Origin: the human T2T-CHM13v2.0 reference genome, Homo sapiens
Strand: one strand, 5' to 3'
Length of the DNA: 64,000 bases
Assembly: GCF_009914755.1 (NCBI RefSeq)
Contig: NC_060935.1
Shown here one piece after another: positions 1 through 55,928 of this stretch (its first letter is position 1; every line of letters begins with the position of its first letter). The notes beneath the pieces were generated by a model. That model made no database searches and had not been told where the DNA came from. It worked only from the letters and a program-made list of their open reading frames with translations. Made by a program: the position numbers and the translations under genes.

Positions 1-513
1 CTCCCCCCTCCTCCTCCTCCCCTTCCTCCTTCCCCCTCCCCCTCCTCCTTCCCCCTCCCCCTTCTCTCTCCTCCTCCCGCTCCTCCTCCCCTTCCTCTCC
101 TCTTCCCCCTCCCCTCCTCCCTCTCCTCCCTCCCTTCCCTCTCCTCTTCCTCTCCTTCCCCTCCTCTCCTCCCTCTCCTCCTCTGCTCCTCCCTCTCCCC
201 TCCTCCCTCTCCTCTCCTTCCTCCTCCTCCCCCTCCTCCCCTTCCTTCTCCTCCCTCTCCTCCCCCTCCTCCCCCTTCTCTTCCTCCTTTCCCTCCTCTT
301 CCTCCTCCCCCTTTCTCTCCTCTTCCTCCTCCCCCTCCCCCCTCCCTTTCCTCCCCCTCCCCTCCTCCTCCTCTTCCTCCTCCTCCCCCCTCCTCCTCCT
401 CTCTCTCCTCCTCTTCCTCCTCCTTTCCCTCCTCTTCCTCCTCCTTTCCTCCTACTCCCTCTCCTCCTCCCTTCTCTTCCTCCCCCTTCCTCCTCCCCCT
501 CCTCCTCCCCCTC
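1..513. repeat. Polypyrimidine (CCT/CCCT-type) low-complexity tract, truncated by the window start
   Basis: About 510 nt of almost only C/T, with very few purines. Confidence 0.95.
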
Positions 514-1643
514 CTGGCTGAGCCTGACATCTCAATGAGCAGTCTTCCCTCCCCCTCTTCCTCCCTCTCCCCTCCCTCCACCTAGTGTCCTCTGTGCAGC
601 CCCTGTCCCCCCGTGCCCTCTCTCTGTGTTGTTTGTGGCACGCTGCTGTGCCCGCCATCTGGAGGCTTGAATTGCCTGTGAGCTCATCCTGGAGTGAATG
701 AAATGAATGAAAGATGTGACTCTTTCTCCCAAGGTGGGCGTCTTCCCTTCACGCCTGAGCACCTTCATGCTTATGTTTCTCATGTGCTCTGTAGAGCTGG
801 TGACCTGCTTTTGACCCTGTCTCCTCCCGTGGGACGTCACTAGCCAGGCGCCTAGTGCAGCAGGCCTCTGTCACTCCTCTAATCCATCTCTCCCTCTCCT
901 TTGGACATCTTGACATAGGTTTCTGGAGGCAGAAACTTGCTTGTGGAGATTTGTCTGTGAGCTGCCGGAGCAGGGGCCTTCCCGTGGGTGCTGGGCCGGC
1001 AGCGGCTCCGCCCTGCAGAGAGGAGGACGCGGCCCCAGTTGGGTGAGGAGGCGAGGGCAGGATGACGTGATCCAGGGGAGGCTGGTGTGCAGGGATTCCT
1101 GGAGGCCGGCTTTCAGCAAGGGCACTGTGAAGTCTTCCACGGAAACCTGGGATTGCCTGTTGGAAGCTGGGAAGGCACCAGGTGCTCTCGCTCCCCTCCA
1201 GCTGCTTTGACGTTAAGAGGAACTCGCTGAGGGAGCATGGAAAGGGGCTGTAGGATTGTCTTCAGTCTCTCTTTGGTTCTTATTTGATGTTTCTTTTTAA
1301 TGTGGGTCCTGAGAAGTGAGGTGTGCCCATACCCCAGGCCTTTGATCACACCCAGGTTTGTCCGGCTAGGCTCAGGGTGGACTTTGGAGGGCCTGGCCTT
1401 GACTGTGTGGCTTAGGGATCAGATGGAAGCTTCTGGACCCTGGGAGTGAGAGCAGTGTGCTGCCCTCTGAAAAGGAGGATGAGGGTCCAGTGAGGTTCAG
1501 CATTTCTGTAAGGTGCCTTCTTGGAGGGAGTTCCCCCTTCAGGGCTCATTCAGTGGATTTTCTGAGTGTGGCTTCACTCCTGATGGTCAGTGGTGCCTGG
1601 CGGGTGGGTTCCTTAGGGAGGTGTCTGTGGCCGAGGCACGCAG

Positions 1644-1781
1644 CTCTGTTCTGAGCTGAGAGCTGTGGTGTGTGGGCACCTCCGTCCTGACTGAGAGCTG
1701 TGGTGTGTGGGCGCCTCCGTCCTGACCGAGAGCTGTGGTGTGTGGGCCCCTCTGTTCTGACCGAGAGCTATGGTGTGTGGG
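1644..1781. repeat. 35-bp minisatellite, about 3.9 copies
   Basis: ctgagagctgtggtgtgtgggcacctccgtcctga at 1656, 1691, 1726, partial at 1761. Confidence 0.9.
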
Positions 1782-2411
1782 TGTCATTGCTATCCTGTGC
1801 TTTCCAATCTGTTCCCATTGCTCACGGGAGCCCCAGTGAGAGGCCCCTCCCTATGGGGAGACACTCCTGGCGAAGTTTTCTTGCTCAGGGTCTTCTGTAT
1901 GGGCCGTGAAGGGGCCTCAGGGTGGCATCAGCACATGTGCCTTTCCCACGAGAGACAGTGGCTTTATCTTGGTGTCACATTGGCCAAAATGTCTTTTATT
2001 TAACATCATAGATGAGGCCAGGACATTTTACTTCTTCCGAGCATCCTCTTTCTGCACACAGCTCCTTGGGGGAGGCTGTGGTGTGCGTGTCCCCGGGTGT
2101 GCTGGGGAGCACAGGGGTGTGGGGATCAGAGGCTGCCTGGCTTCACATGCAGGAGCCTGGGGCCCTTGTAGGCAAAACCTTCACCCCTCAAGTTGTCCTG
2201 CTATTGGAGGGAGGAGGTGAACTGGTGTGGCCCAGGAGCCAGGCCTGCTCTCTGAGGAGGGTCTCCCAGGCCTGAGAGGATAAGGAAGATGAAGAACCTG
2301 AAGTGGGTGTTAGGACCCTACTGTCCTGGGGCCTTGCATCTGGCCTCGCTGTTACAATCTGTGGTAACGTTTCAGGTACAAATGCCTTTACTAGGGCAAA
2401 GGGCTTTCCTA

Positions 2412-2960
<549 letters not shown>

Positions 2961-3550
2961 TCATCGAGACACGCCTTGGATATTTTTGGGACTCTTCTCT
3001 GCCAGCTCCTCTGTGACCTCCCACCCTTGGAGCACATGAGACCCGTGTCGTCTTCTCTTGCAGAGGTGCTCCGTCACAAGAGCAGAGCCTGGGAGCCTGC
3101 CCCGTTTCTGACTGCCCCCCAATCCCCATTCTGACTCTCACCCGCCCCCATTCTGACCCCCCGCCCCCATTCTGACCTGCACCTTTTTTGCATAACACAC
3201 TTTGTGATGCCTCATTTATCTTTGAGTAAAATTCATATATCACAAACCCACACATGTAGTTTTTTTGAAAGTACAGTGTGACACCTTAACTTTGCATTAA
3301 TGTAAAATGGCATTCAGGTGGAGTCTCAGATAATTACAAACTAATTTTTTACCTTCTTAGATGTCCAGTGGAACATTCTAAAGTTACTCAAGACGAATCT
3401 TCAAGTTAGGGTGTCTTGTGTCTCTGTTTTTTGCCTGTGAAATGCCAATATCCTTGTGATAGTCAGAGCCCTCCACATCTCCAGAACGCTCTTAGCTGGG
3501 TGGGGGGTTTCTCCACCAAGAGCCCCTGGTGTATAGTGTCAAAGTGTGAG

Positions 3551-3807
3551 TGTTGCCAGGCTGTAGTTCAGTGGTACGATCTTGGCTCACTGCAATCTCC
3601 GCCTCCTGGTTTCAATTCTCCTGCCTCCACCTCCTGAGTAGCTGGGATTACAGGCGTGTGCCACCACACCCAGCTAATTTTTGTATTTTTAGTAGAGACG
3701 GGGTTTCACCATGTTGGCCAGGATGGTCTCAATCTTCTGACCTTGGGATCTGCCCCCCTCGGCCTCCCAAAGTGCTGGGATTACAGGTGTGAGCCACCGT
3801 GCCAGGC
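3551..3807 (-). mobile_element. Alu, truncated
   Basis: Antisense Alu consensus (cctcccaaagtgctgggattacagg). Confidence 0.9.
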
Positions 3808-4066
3808 TGGGTGTCCTTTTTATAGGGAGCATCTGAGTCCCTCTGGTGCACAGGCTGCTGTGGGGCAGGACCCGTGGAGCCCAGAGCAGGTCTGAGCTCC
3901 CAAAGTCAGGCTGCTGGGGCATTGCTGGGGAGCCTGCTGCCCTGTTGGATGGGTGAGCATGCGATGGACTGAGCTGCTGCTTGTGCCCTGTTGTGAGAGT
4001 TTAATCATGAGATCATAGGCGCTCTTTCCTTGTGCCTTTGCCCCAGGATCAAAGAGCAATTACTGG

Positions 4067-4329
4067 GGCCGGGTGCGGTGGCTCATGGGAGGCCGAGGTG
4101 AACGTATCACCTGAGGTCAAGAGTTCGAGACCAACCTGGCCAACATGGTGAAACCCTGTCTCCACTGAAAATACAAAAATTAACTGGGCGTGATGGCGGC
4201 CACCTGTAATCCCAGCTACTTGGGAGGCTGAGGCAGGAGAATCGCTTGAGGTGGAGGTTGCAGTGAGCCCACACCAGTGCACTCCAGCCTGGGCAATAGA
4301 GTGAGACTGTCTCAAAAAAAACAAAAACA
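4067..4329 (+). mobile_element. Alu with internal deletions
   Basis: ggccgggtgcggtggctca...gagactgtctcaaaaaaa. Confidence 0.9.
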
Positions 4330-4445
4330 GAGACAGTCTCTTGCTATGTTGCCCAGGCTAGTTTTAAACTCCTGGACTCAAGCAGTCTTTCTGTCTCAAC
4401 CTTCCAAAGTGCTGGGATTACAGGTGTGGGGCACCATGCCCAGCC
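4330..4445 (-). mobile_element. Alu left-monomer/FLAM-like fragment
   Basis: ttgctatgttgcccaggct...ccatgcccagcc. Confidence 0.8.
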
Positions 4446-4522
4446 AAAAAGCAATTATTTTTTAAAAGTATCCGTTCTGTAGACTTTTAATGATTAATAA
4501 TGATTTAGTAATAATTTAATGA

Positions 4523-4922
<400 letters not shown>

Positions 4923-5248
4923 TTTTTTTATGTCTTTCATGGCAAAATTTTTTTGAGAATTTTTTTCATTCAAATAGCATTTGTGAAAAAATGTAGGGTG
5001 CCTTAGTGAAATTATGACTGATGTTTTAAGTGCAGTTATCTTTAGGCTGGAGTCTGGGATATACTCAGGAAGTGGCTGTTAGCCCTCACTCTCTGGTCAC
5101 TCACTGAGTTGTGTGCCACCTGCCCCAGCCACTGGGAGTGCATGGATGCCAAGGGGGTGCCATGGGGGAGGACGTGCAGGCGTGAGCTGCCTGGGGTTGG
5201 CCAGGCCAGGGAGGCTCTCTGCTGATGCTCTCCTTCCTTCTCTTCCAG

Positions 5249-15542
<10,294 letters not shown>

Positions 15543-15820
15543 TCCTGAGGATGGAAGACCAGGCTCGTGTGTCTTGTGTTGTCTTCGTCTGTGCCGTTTG
15601 TCTTCGTGGCCATCCTGCAGATGAGCACCGTGTCCAGTGCCACAGCACAAGGCGCCTCCCCGCCCCGCCGCCCCACACCTCTCCCCTTTGGGCTGGACGG
15701 GAACACACGTGTGTGGCTCAGGAGGAAAAGCTCAGCCTGGACTGTGGCAGCCACGGCAGAAGGTGGATCTTGGGATCAATTTTTATAAAAATCGAGACAG
15801 TTCTGTGGTTAAATCTACAA

Positions 15821-15826
15821 ATTAAA
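15821..15826 (+). terminator. AP2A2: Candidate proximal poly(A) signal ATTAAA of AP2A2
   Basis: ATTAAA about 280 nt after the stop in an AT-rich patch, with GU-rich sequence downstream. Confidence 0.5.
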
Positions 15827-17138
15827 GGGAAATTAGAAGTTGGCGTGAACGTGGCGTTTGTGGGAGTGTCACTGAGATGGCCCGTGCTGCCGCCCACCCC
15901 GCCTCGGAGCCTCTGGGAGCAGCAGTGCCACTGTGCATGGCGTGGGCTGAGCCTTGGTGTGTGGCCGTCCTGGTGGCTGCACACCTGGCGTCGTCCTGGG
16001 CCCTTGGGAGGAGCACAGCTGACCCTGGTTTTGCTGCAGTCCCAGCTGGACTGTTTTCCCAGGCAGGATTTTAATCTAGAATTTAGAAACATTTGTATTT
16101 GTAATGACTTCTGGCAAAAGCACGTGTCCTGGCCGGATGTAACTGTTCTCCTTTCCCAGCTCCTGTTTGTGAAGGGCGTCTGTTATGCTCCTGCAGTCGC
16201 CGAGGCCTTGGATGTGCAGCCAGGGGAGGAGCGTCCTGCCGGCCCCGCAGGGCCCCCAGGACTCCAGGGTAAAGTGTGGGCCGGTGGCGCAAGACTCAGA
16301 GGTGTGCTCGTCTCTTTCCTGTCAGAGTGGGCGTCCCCAGGCCACGGTGCAGGCCTGAGTCCTTCCACCGGCCCCGTCCAGTCGTCCCTGGAGGGGCTGT
16401 GGAGGAGGGACGCCTCTGTGTGGTCAGGAAGTGAAGGGGCCATTGGCCGCATGCCATGTGCCACCTGCGGCTTGTGTCTCACCTGTCATCTGGACTCAGC
16501 ACCCAGGCTGCACGTCTGACACCTGAGAGGCGAGAGAGTGGGGCCGGCCTAGGAGCCAAGGCTGGGGCCTTGCGCTCTGTCCCCAGGATGGTGGCCTTGT
16601 TTGTCCTAAACACACCCAGCACAGGTTCTGGCTTCCTGACATGCTGTGGAGGCAGGGAGGGTGGGTGGCCACATGTGCTTGAGGGTTTTCACCCTGGCCC
16701 TCAGTTGCCTGCTGTGCGGGTCCCTGGGGCAGCTGCAGGGGCTCATGGACCCATCAGGGTCTCCACAGCTCCCCTGCAGTGTGTGCACCCCACAATGTCT
16801 GCGGCTCTTCTTCCGGCGTGTCGGGCTTTGATCACAGCATAGCCACGTCAGTGGCGTGCGCCTCTCGCACAGGCCATTCTGGGTCTGGTGGTGCCAGGTG
16901 CCGTGACACGCCGTGCTGGGCTTGTGCTGCAGCTGGGTGGTGTGGCCCTCATTCTCATGTTCCAGCTGCTGGGCAGTGCTCTGCCTGTGTGCTGCGCCTG
17001 CAGGCTGCGTGTGCTGCCGTGGATCTCCTGCATCCCTTGACCCCTCCCGCCATCAGAGGAAAGGCTGCTCCCCGAGGCACCGCTTCCCTGTGCGGCGCTG
17101 CAGAGGGGCCCTCAGTGTGGCACTCCTCGTCAAAGAAA

Positions 17139-17144
17139 AATAAA
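17139..17144 (+). terminator. AP2A2: Distal poly(A) signal AATAAA of AP2A2 (3' UTR about 15543-17165)
   Basis: Canonical AATAAA followed by U-rich ctttctttgggg about 30 nt downstream. Confidence 0.8.
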
Positions 17145-17757
17145 GGCTAGAACTGCACCCCGGATCACGCGCTTTCTTTGGGGGGAAAGCATCCCATGTA
17201 ACCCTCATAGCTCCCCGGGGGTCGCGTGAGGCACAGACCCCAAGGTCCCCGACCTGTCCTTCAGCAGTGGGCTCACGGGCAGCGGGCATCAGAAAGTGAC
17301 CTGCCCTTTGCTCCGCCGGTTTGATTCTGGGTGTGTGGTGGAGCTTTTTGGGACTCAGGTCATGCGGGAACCCCTCCAGCCTGGCCGCAGGGCTCCCCAC
17401 TGTACAGTGTGTTGAGGTGCAGCCCAGGGCTCCTTCCTGGGGAACGGGAGGCCCCGTGGGGATCCTCCAGTTGATCCTACCACAGATGGTGCAGAAGGGG
17501 CTCTCGGGCAGATGGGGGTGGCCCCCGGAGGACGGTGGGCTTCGCCAGAGACGGAACAGTCCTAATGGAGGGAGGGCAGGGGCCCAAAGCCAGAGGCAGC
17601 TTCTCTTACCAGCCCAGACCCTGCTGGGGGCAGCCCTGCCCAACTGCAGATCCCAGGGGCCCACAGGGTGCAGATGTGGGTCGGGTGCCTACTAAGGGAC
17701 TGGGGAGAGGCAAAAGCAGTGCTCAGGGACCAGCCTCTGTGCCTTGACAAGAACCGG

Positions 17758-17763
17758 TTTATT
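17758..17763 (-). terminator. MUC6: Poly(A) signal AATAAA of MUC6 (3' UTR about 17740-18372)
   Basis: tttatt on + strand, about 610 nt past the MUC6 stop. Confidence 0.8.
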
Positions 17764-18372
17764 TGGAGTCTCTGACCGGGTGACGCCCTCTCCCAAGGAC
17801 AGGCTGCTGGGGATGGGTGTGGTGCTGGTGGGGGCCTTCTGCCTGGCTGGGAGCGGGGGCGGCTGCCCTGCCCTCGCTGCCACCCTCTGCCCTCCCTGAC
17901 TCTGGGGATCTCCTCTTCTCTGTGCTGGTGGCTGCCTGGGCCTCTTGCCCCCATCTCGGCACAGGTTTCCGTGCCCTCCTCGCCCCTGATGGGTCTGGTC
18001 GAGCGCCTGCTCTGTGGCTTCATCTGCAGGGTTCTGGGCCCAGCAGGGCTGGGGCCAAGTTCAGGGGCTGGGAGGTGTTGGACGGTGGGCAGGGGTGGTC
18101 GGGAGTGCCCTGTGTGCCTGGGAGGTCCGTGACCACTGTCCGCCTCAGTCCCTCTCTGCTGGCTCAGGGTCTGCAGGAGTGTGGTAGTCTGAGCCCCTGC
18201 TTGGCAGCCCCTCTCCAACCGGTGCCCCAGGGAGCCACGGCCCAGGGCACTTGGGGGCCAGGCCTGGTGACCAGGAAAGCAGCTGCTGGCACAAGCGGGA
18301 AGGGGGCTGGTGGGTGTTTTCCTGTCTGTCATCTGCAGTCCTTCAGCCCCAGGAGAGCAGGCAGCGACCCTG

Positions 18373-52539
<34,167 letters not shown>

Positions 52540-52599
52540 GGTGCACAGTGGAGAGGAGCTCGCGCTGGGCCCGGCAGGCCTGCTGCTGCCATCCATGCG

Positions 52600-52800
52600 G
52601 CTCCAACGGCCGGTCCTGGGTGCCTTATATAGGCTGGCGGGCCCTCCCCCGCCGCACCTGCCTGCGCCCCGCGGTCCAGCCCCTTAATCACCACTGCCGG
52701 CGGGCGCCGCGGTGGCCAAACAGGATCTGGGCCTGCTTTATCAGGACTCGGCTTTCTTTGGAAAATCCTGCAGGCAGCGGCCCCATTATCACCCATTCCC
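52600..52800 (-). promoter_or_regulatory. MUC6: MUC6 core/proximal promoter
   Basis: TATATAA at 52625-52631 (-), about 85 nt upstream of the ATG; GC-rich boxes at about 52635-52715; TGATAA GATA motifs at 52738-52743 and 52786-52791; GGATTTTCC kB/NFAT-like site at about 52760-52768. Confidence 0.75.
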
Positions 52801-53025
52801 AGCGGGGGGCTGACGCACGCACGCCCCCAAAGGTCCTGCAAACACCCCCTGCATGGGGGCCATCCTGGCCCGGGCCCTCCCCGCTGCTGGGTCAACGTGG
52901 CACTGTCAGCCAAACGCCTGGTGGCCGGGATGGACCTGTTGGGGGAGGTCGGGGGCCCTGGGGCACCTGCTCTGCCCCTTCCGGGGAGCCCAGTGCTGAC
53001 CCAGCTTGGGGGGAACCCTGCTGCA

Positions 53026-53115
53026 CCTGAATCCCAGGACCCCCTGAGGGGCACTGGGCCCACCCCTCACCCTGAATCCCAGCACCCCCTGAAGGGCCCT
53101 GGGCCCACCCCTGAG
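53026..53115. repeat. About 45-bp imperfect direct repeat (2 copies) upstream of the MUC6 promoter
   Basis: cctgaatcccagSaccccctgaRgggcMctgggcccacccct twice. Confidence 0.8.
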
Positions 53116-54057
53116 TTCCCTGCCCAACAGGAAAGATCACCCAGCGGGAGGGACCTTGCCAGGGGGTGTTGGGGAGCAGGGGCTCCGCCGTCTGGGACAG
53201 GCAGCGGCCTTGGGGCTTAGACAGGCTGCCCTGGAGGCCTGAGGAGCTACCGTGTCTCTGCAGCCCGCCAGGTCCCAGGCTTGCTCCTGAAGACCCCTCC
53301 ACAGCTGTTTTCTTCCCCCTTCGAGCGCTGTTGGCAGCCATCTTGAGGACAGGAACTCGGGGGCTGCTCGTCTGCTGGGGCATCTCTGCGGGGCTGTGGG
53401 GTCGCCGGTATGCTCCTGACCCCTTCAGGCAGAGGGGCAGGGACTGGGATGACCAGGGGGCCTTGCCTGTGGAGGCACGTGCCACGTCTGAGGGGCCGGG
53501 GACAGGGCAAGGTCTGGTGACATCGGGGTGGTGCCGGTGGCTGGCGGGGGGGAGGGAGGTGGAGGTCTGAGTGGTCACCAGGATTGCCCCAGCTTCGTTT
53601 GGCAGCCCAGGGACCCCTCCCAAAGGGGATTTTGGTCCCCGACTCCGACAGGAGCCCTCGCTGGCCTCGGGGCTGCTCCCACCACACGTCAGCATCCCGG
53701 CCTGAGCCAGGAGGGACTCCGAGGCCGCCTGGTCTCCCTGGGCCGGGCTCCCCACATGGGGCTGCACCCCCATCCCACAGGTGAGCTGAGCCTGCTGGCT
53801 GGGACCCGGGCCTGCCACCTCTGTCCCACCTGTGCCCACACGCCCGGGAGCTGCCCCACCTGCCCCCGGAAGAGGCCCCAGGGCCACGCGTGCCATACAC
53901 AGTAGGTGTCGCGTGTTTCACTTAAATCAGCTTCAGTTTTGTGGAACGTTGCTTGAAGTTACAATAAGTTGCTTTTGTAGGAAATTGCAGTACGTGTGCT
54001 GCCCCCCACCAGGAGCCCCACACCAGGCATTCTGGGTGTTCTACTCTCATCTGTTCT

Positions 54058-54197
54058 TCTTTTTAATTTTTCGGTTTTGTAGGGACGAGGTCTCACTTTG
54101 TTGTCCAGGCTGGCCTTGAACTCCCGGACTCAAGAGATCCTCCTGCCTCAGCCTCCCAGAGTGCTGAGATGACAGGCGTGAGCCACCGTGTCCAGCC
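54058..54197 (-). mobile_element. Alu left-monomer/FLAM-like fragment
   Basis: gaggtctcactttgttgtccaggctgg...gtgagccaccgtgtccagcc. Confidence 0.82.
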
Positions 54198-54860
54198 TTG
54201 GCTGTCCCTTCTTAACACGCTCAGTGGTCCCTGTGGTTCAGGTGAGAAGCTGAGGCACAGGAGTGAGGCCCTTGCCCTGTCATGCTGAGAGGTTGGATGG
54301 ACGCAGGGCTCACAGCTGGCCCTCGTTCTGAGCTGGGGCCTCTCAGCCCGGGCTCGAGGTGGGGACGATGAGGGGCAGAGATCTTAGGGCCTCCTTCCCT
54401 GGGTGGGTCACTGCACCAGGGCAGCTGGTGCCAAAAGGGACCTCATGGGCAGGTGTCATGGCTGGGAGCCCTGTGGCCATGTCAGCCCGGCGGTTGTGCT
54501 TGTCTGACCACCTGTCTGGGCTTGTGAGAACCGAGCTCAGGTTCTCAGGAGGGATCCTATGAAGCTTTGAATGTAGGGGCAGGGGTGGGTTGGGGGTGAG
54601 AGCCAGTGGACACTGGTTCCCCGGCCAGGCCTGTAGGGCTTCGGGTCCTGGCCACTGAGGCTTCCATTTCCCAGCTGTAAAGTGGCAGAGACCCCTGACC
54701 TTGAAGGTTATGGCTGTGGCGTTCAGCATGTGAGTCCCCAGCGTCCTCTAGAATTGGGGGATCCCTGCAACTTGCACAGGTGTGGGGCGGGTGGGGGCTG
54801 GATACCACCAGCCTGCAATGGGGCTGCCCACTGGGCCTGTGGTGAAGATGCCCGCTTGCA

Positions 54861-55152
54861 GGTGTGTGGTGATTGTGTATGTGTGTGTGCGCATATGCAT
54901 ATGTGTGCGTGCACGTGTACCTGTGTGTGCGTGTGTATGTGTGTGCCTGTGTGCACGTGAGTGCCTGCCTGTGTGTGTGCATGTGTGCCTGTGTGTGCAC
55001 GTGTGTGCATGTGTGTGCGTGTGTGTGCACGTGCCTGTGTGTGCCTATGTGGGTGCCTGTGCCTGTGTGCCTGTGAGTGCGTGTGTTTGCGTGTGTGTGC
55101 ATGTGTGTGCACGTGTACCTGTGTGTGCCTGTGTGTGTGCATGTGTGTGTAT
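54861..55152. repeat. Degenerate (TG)n/(TGTGCA) tract
   Basis: About 290 bp of alternating purine/pyrimidine. Confidence 0.92.
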
Positions 55153-55844
55153 AGGTTGAATTTCTGGTGAAAGCTGTGCATCCCAGAATTTATTGTCCCC
55201 ATGATCTCAGGGCCACTCGAGTGTGTAGAAGGCCCTGGCCCCGAGCCCTGGTGGGGGCTCCATCGTGGCACCATGGGGCCTCCGGAGCCTGGGGGTCTCT
55301 CTCTCTCAATGCACTCGCTTGGTGGCAAATGGCTGGGAGCGGTGTTTCTGTCCTGGCCGGGGAGCGCTTGAATGCACTGAGCAGTGGGGGAGATAAGCGT
55401 GTGAGGTGTTGTTCCTGGAGCAACCTGGTGATAGGAGCCATGTCCTGTGGGCCTGGCTGGAGAACAGGGCCTGAGGACTGGACAAGTGGGTGATTGTCCC
55501 CTCTCATGCCCAGCGCTGGCCCCGCCCTCTATGTCCGTCTAAGTGGCCTGGCCCTGAACAGCGGTCACTCCAGGCCTGGTGTGGCTGTGAAGCGGGAGTC
55601 AGGGTGGGCCCCGGGCCCCAGCTTCCCGGCTGAACCGTTAGGGTGGGCGCTGGCTCCTAGACCCGCAGGGCTCCCTGGACAGGTGTGAGCAGACCTTCAC
55701 TTGGACTTGAGGCCTTCACCCCTGCAGGTGTCTCCAGAAGGCTCTGGAACTGACTCGGGCCTGGCTCCCCTCACAGGAGGCTGAGGCCCTGGGTCTGCTG
55801 GGACTTGTGTTCACAGAGGCGCTGGGATGGACCTGCTGGTGGCC

Positions 55845-55928
55845 CCCTGCCCCTCGGCCAGCCCCTTCCCTGCCCCTCGGCCAGCCCCTTCCCTGCCCCT
55901 CGGCCAGCCCCTTCCCTGCCCCTGCCCC
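55845..55928. repeat. 23-bp repeat, about 3.5 copies
   Basis: ccctgcccctcggccagcccctt x3. Confidence 0.88.

Noticed and set aside
3190-3545. AT-rich stretch possibly from an old DNA transposon (MER-type)
   Set aside because: I could not assign a family or boundaries by eye; it needs RepeatMasker/Dfam.
53320-53345. YY1-like CAAGATGGCTGC and an ATG in good Kozak context upstream of MUC6
   Set aside because: A single short motif that is also common in MaLR relics; the downstream peptide is unrecognisable.
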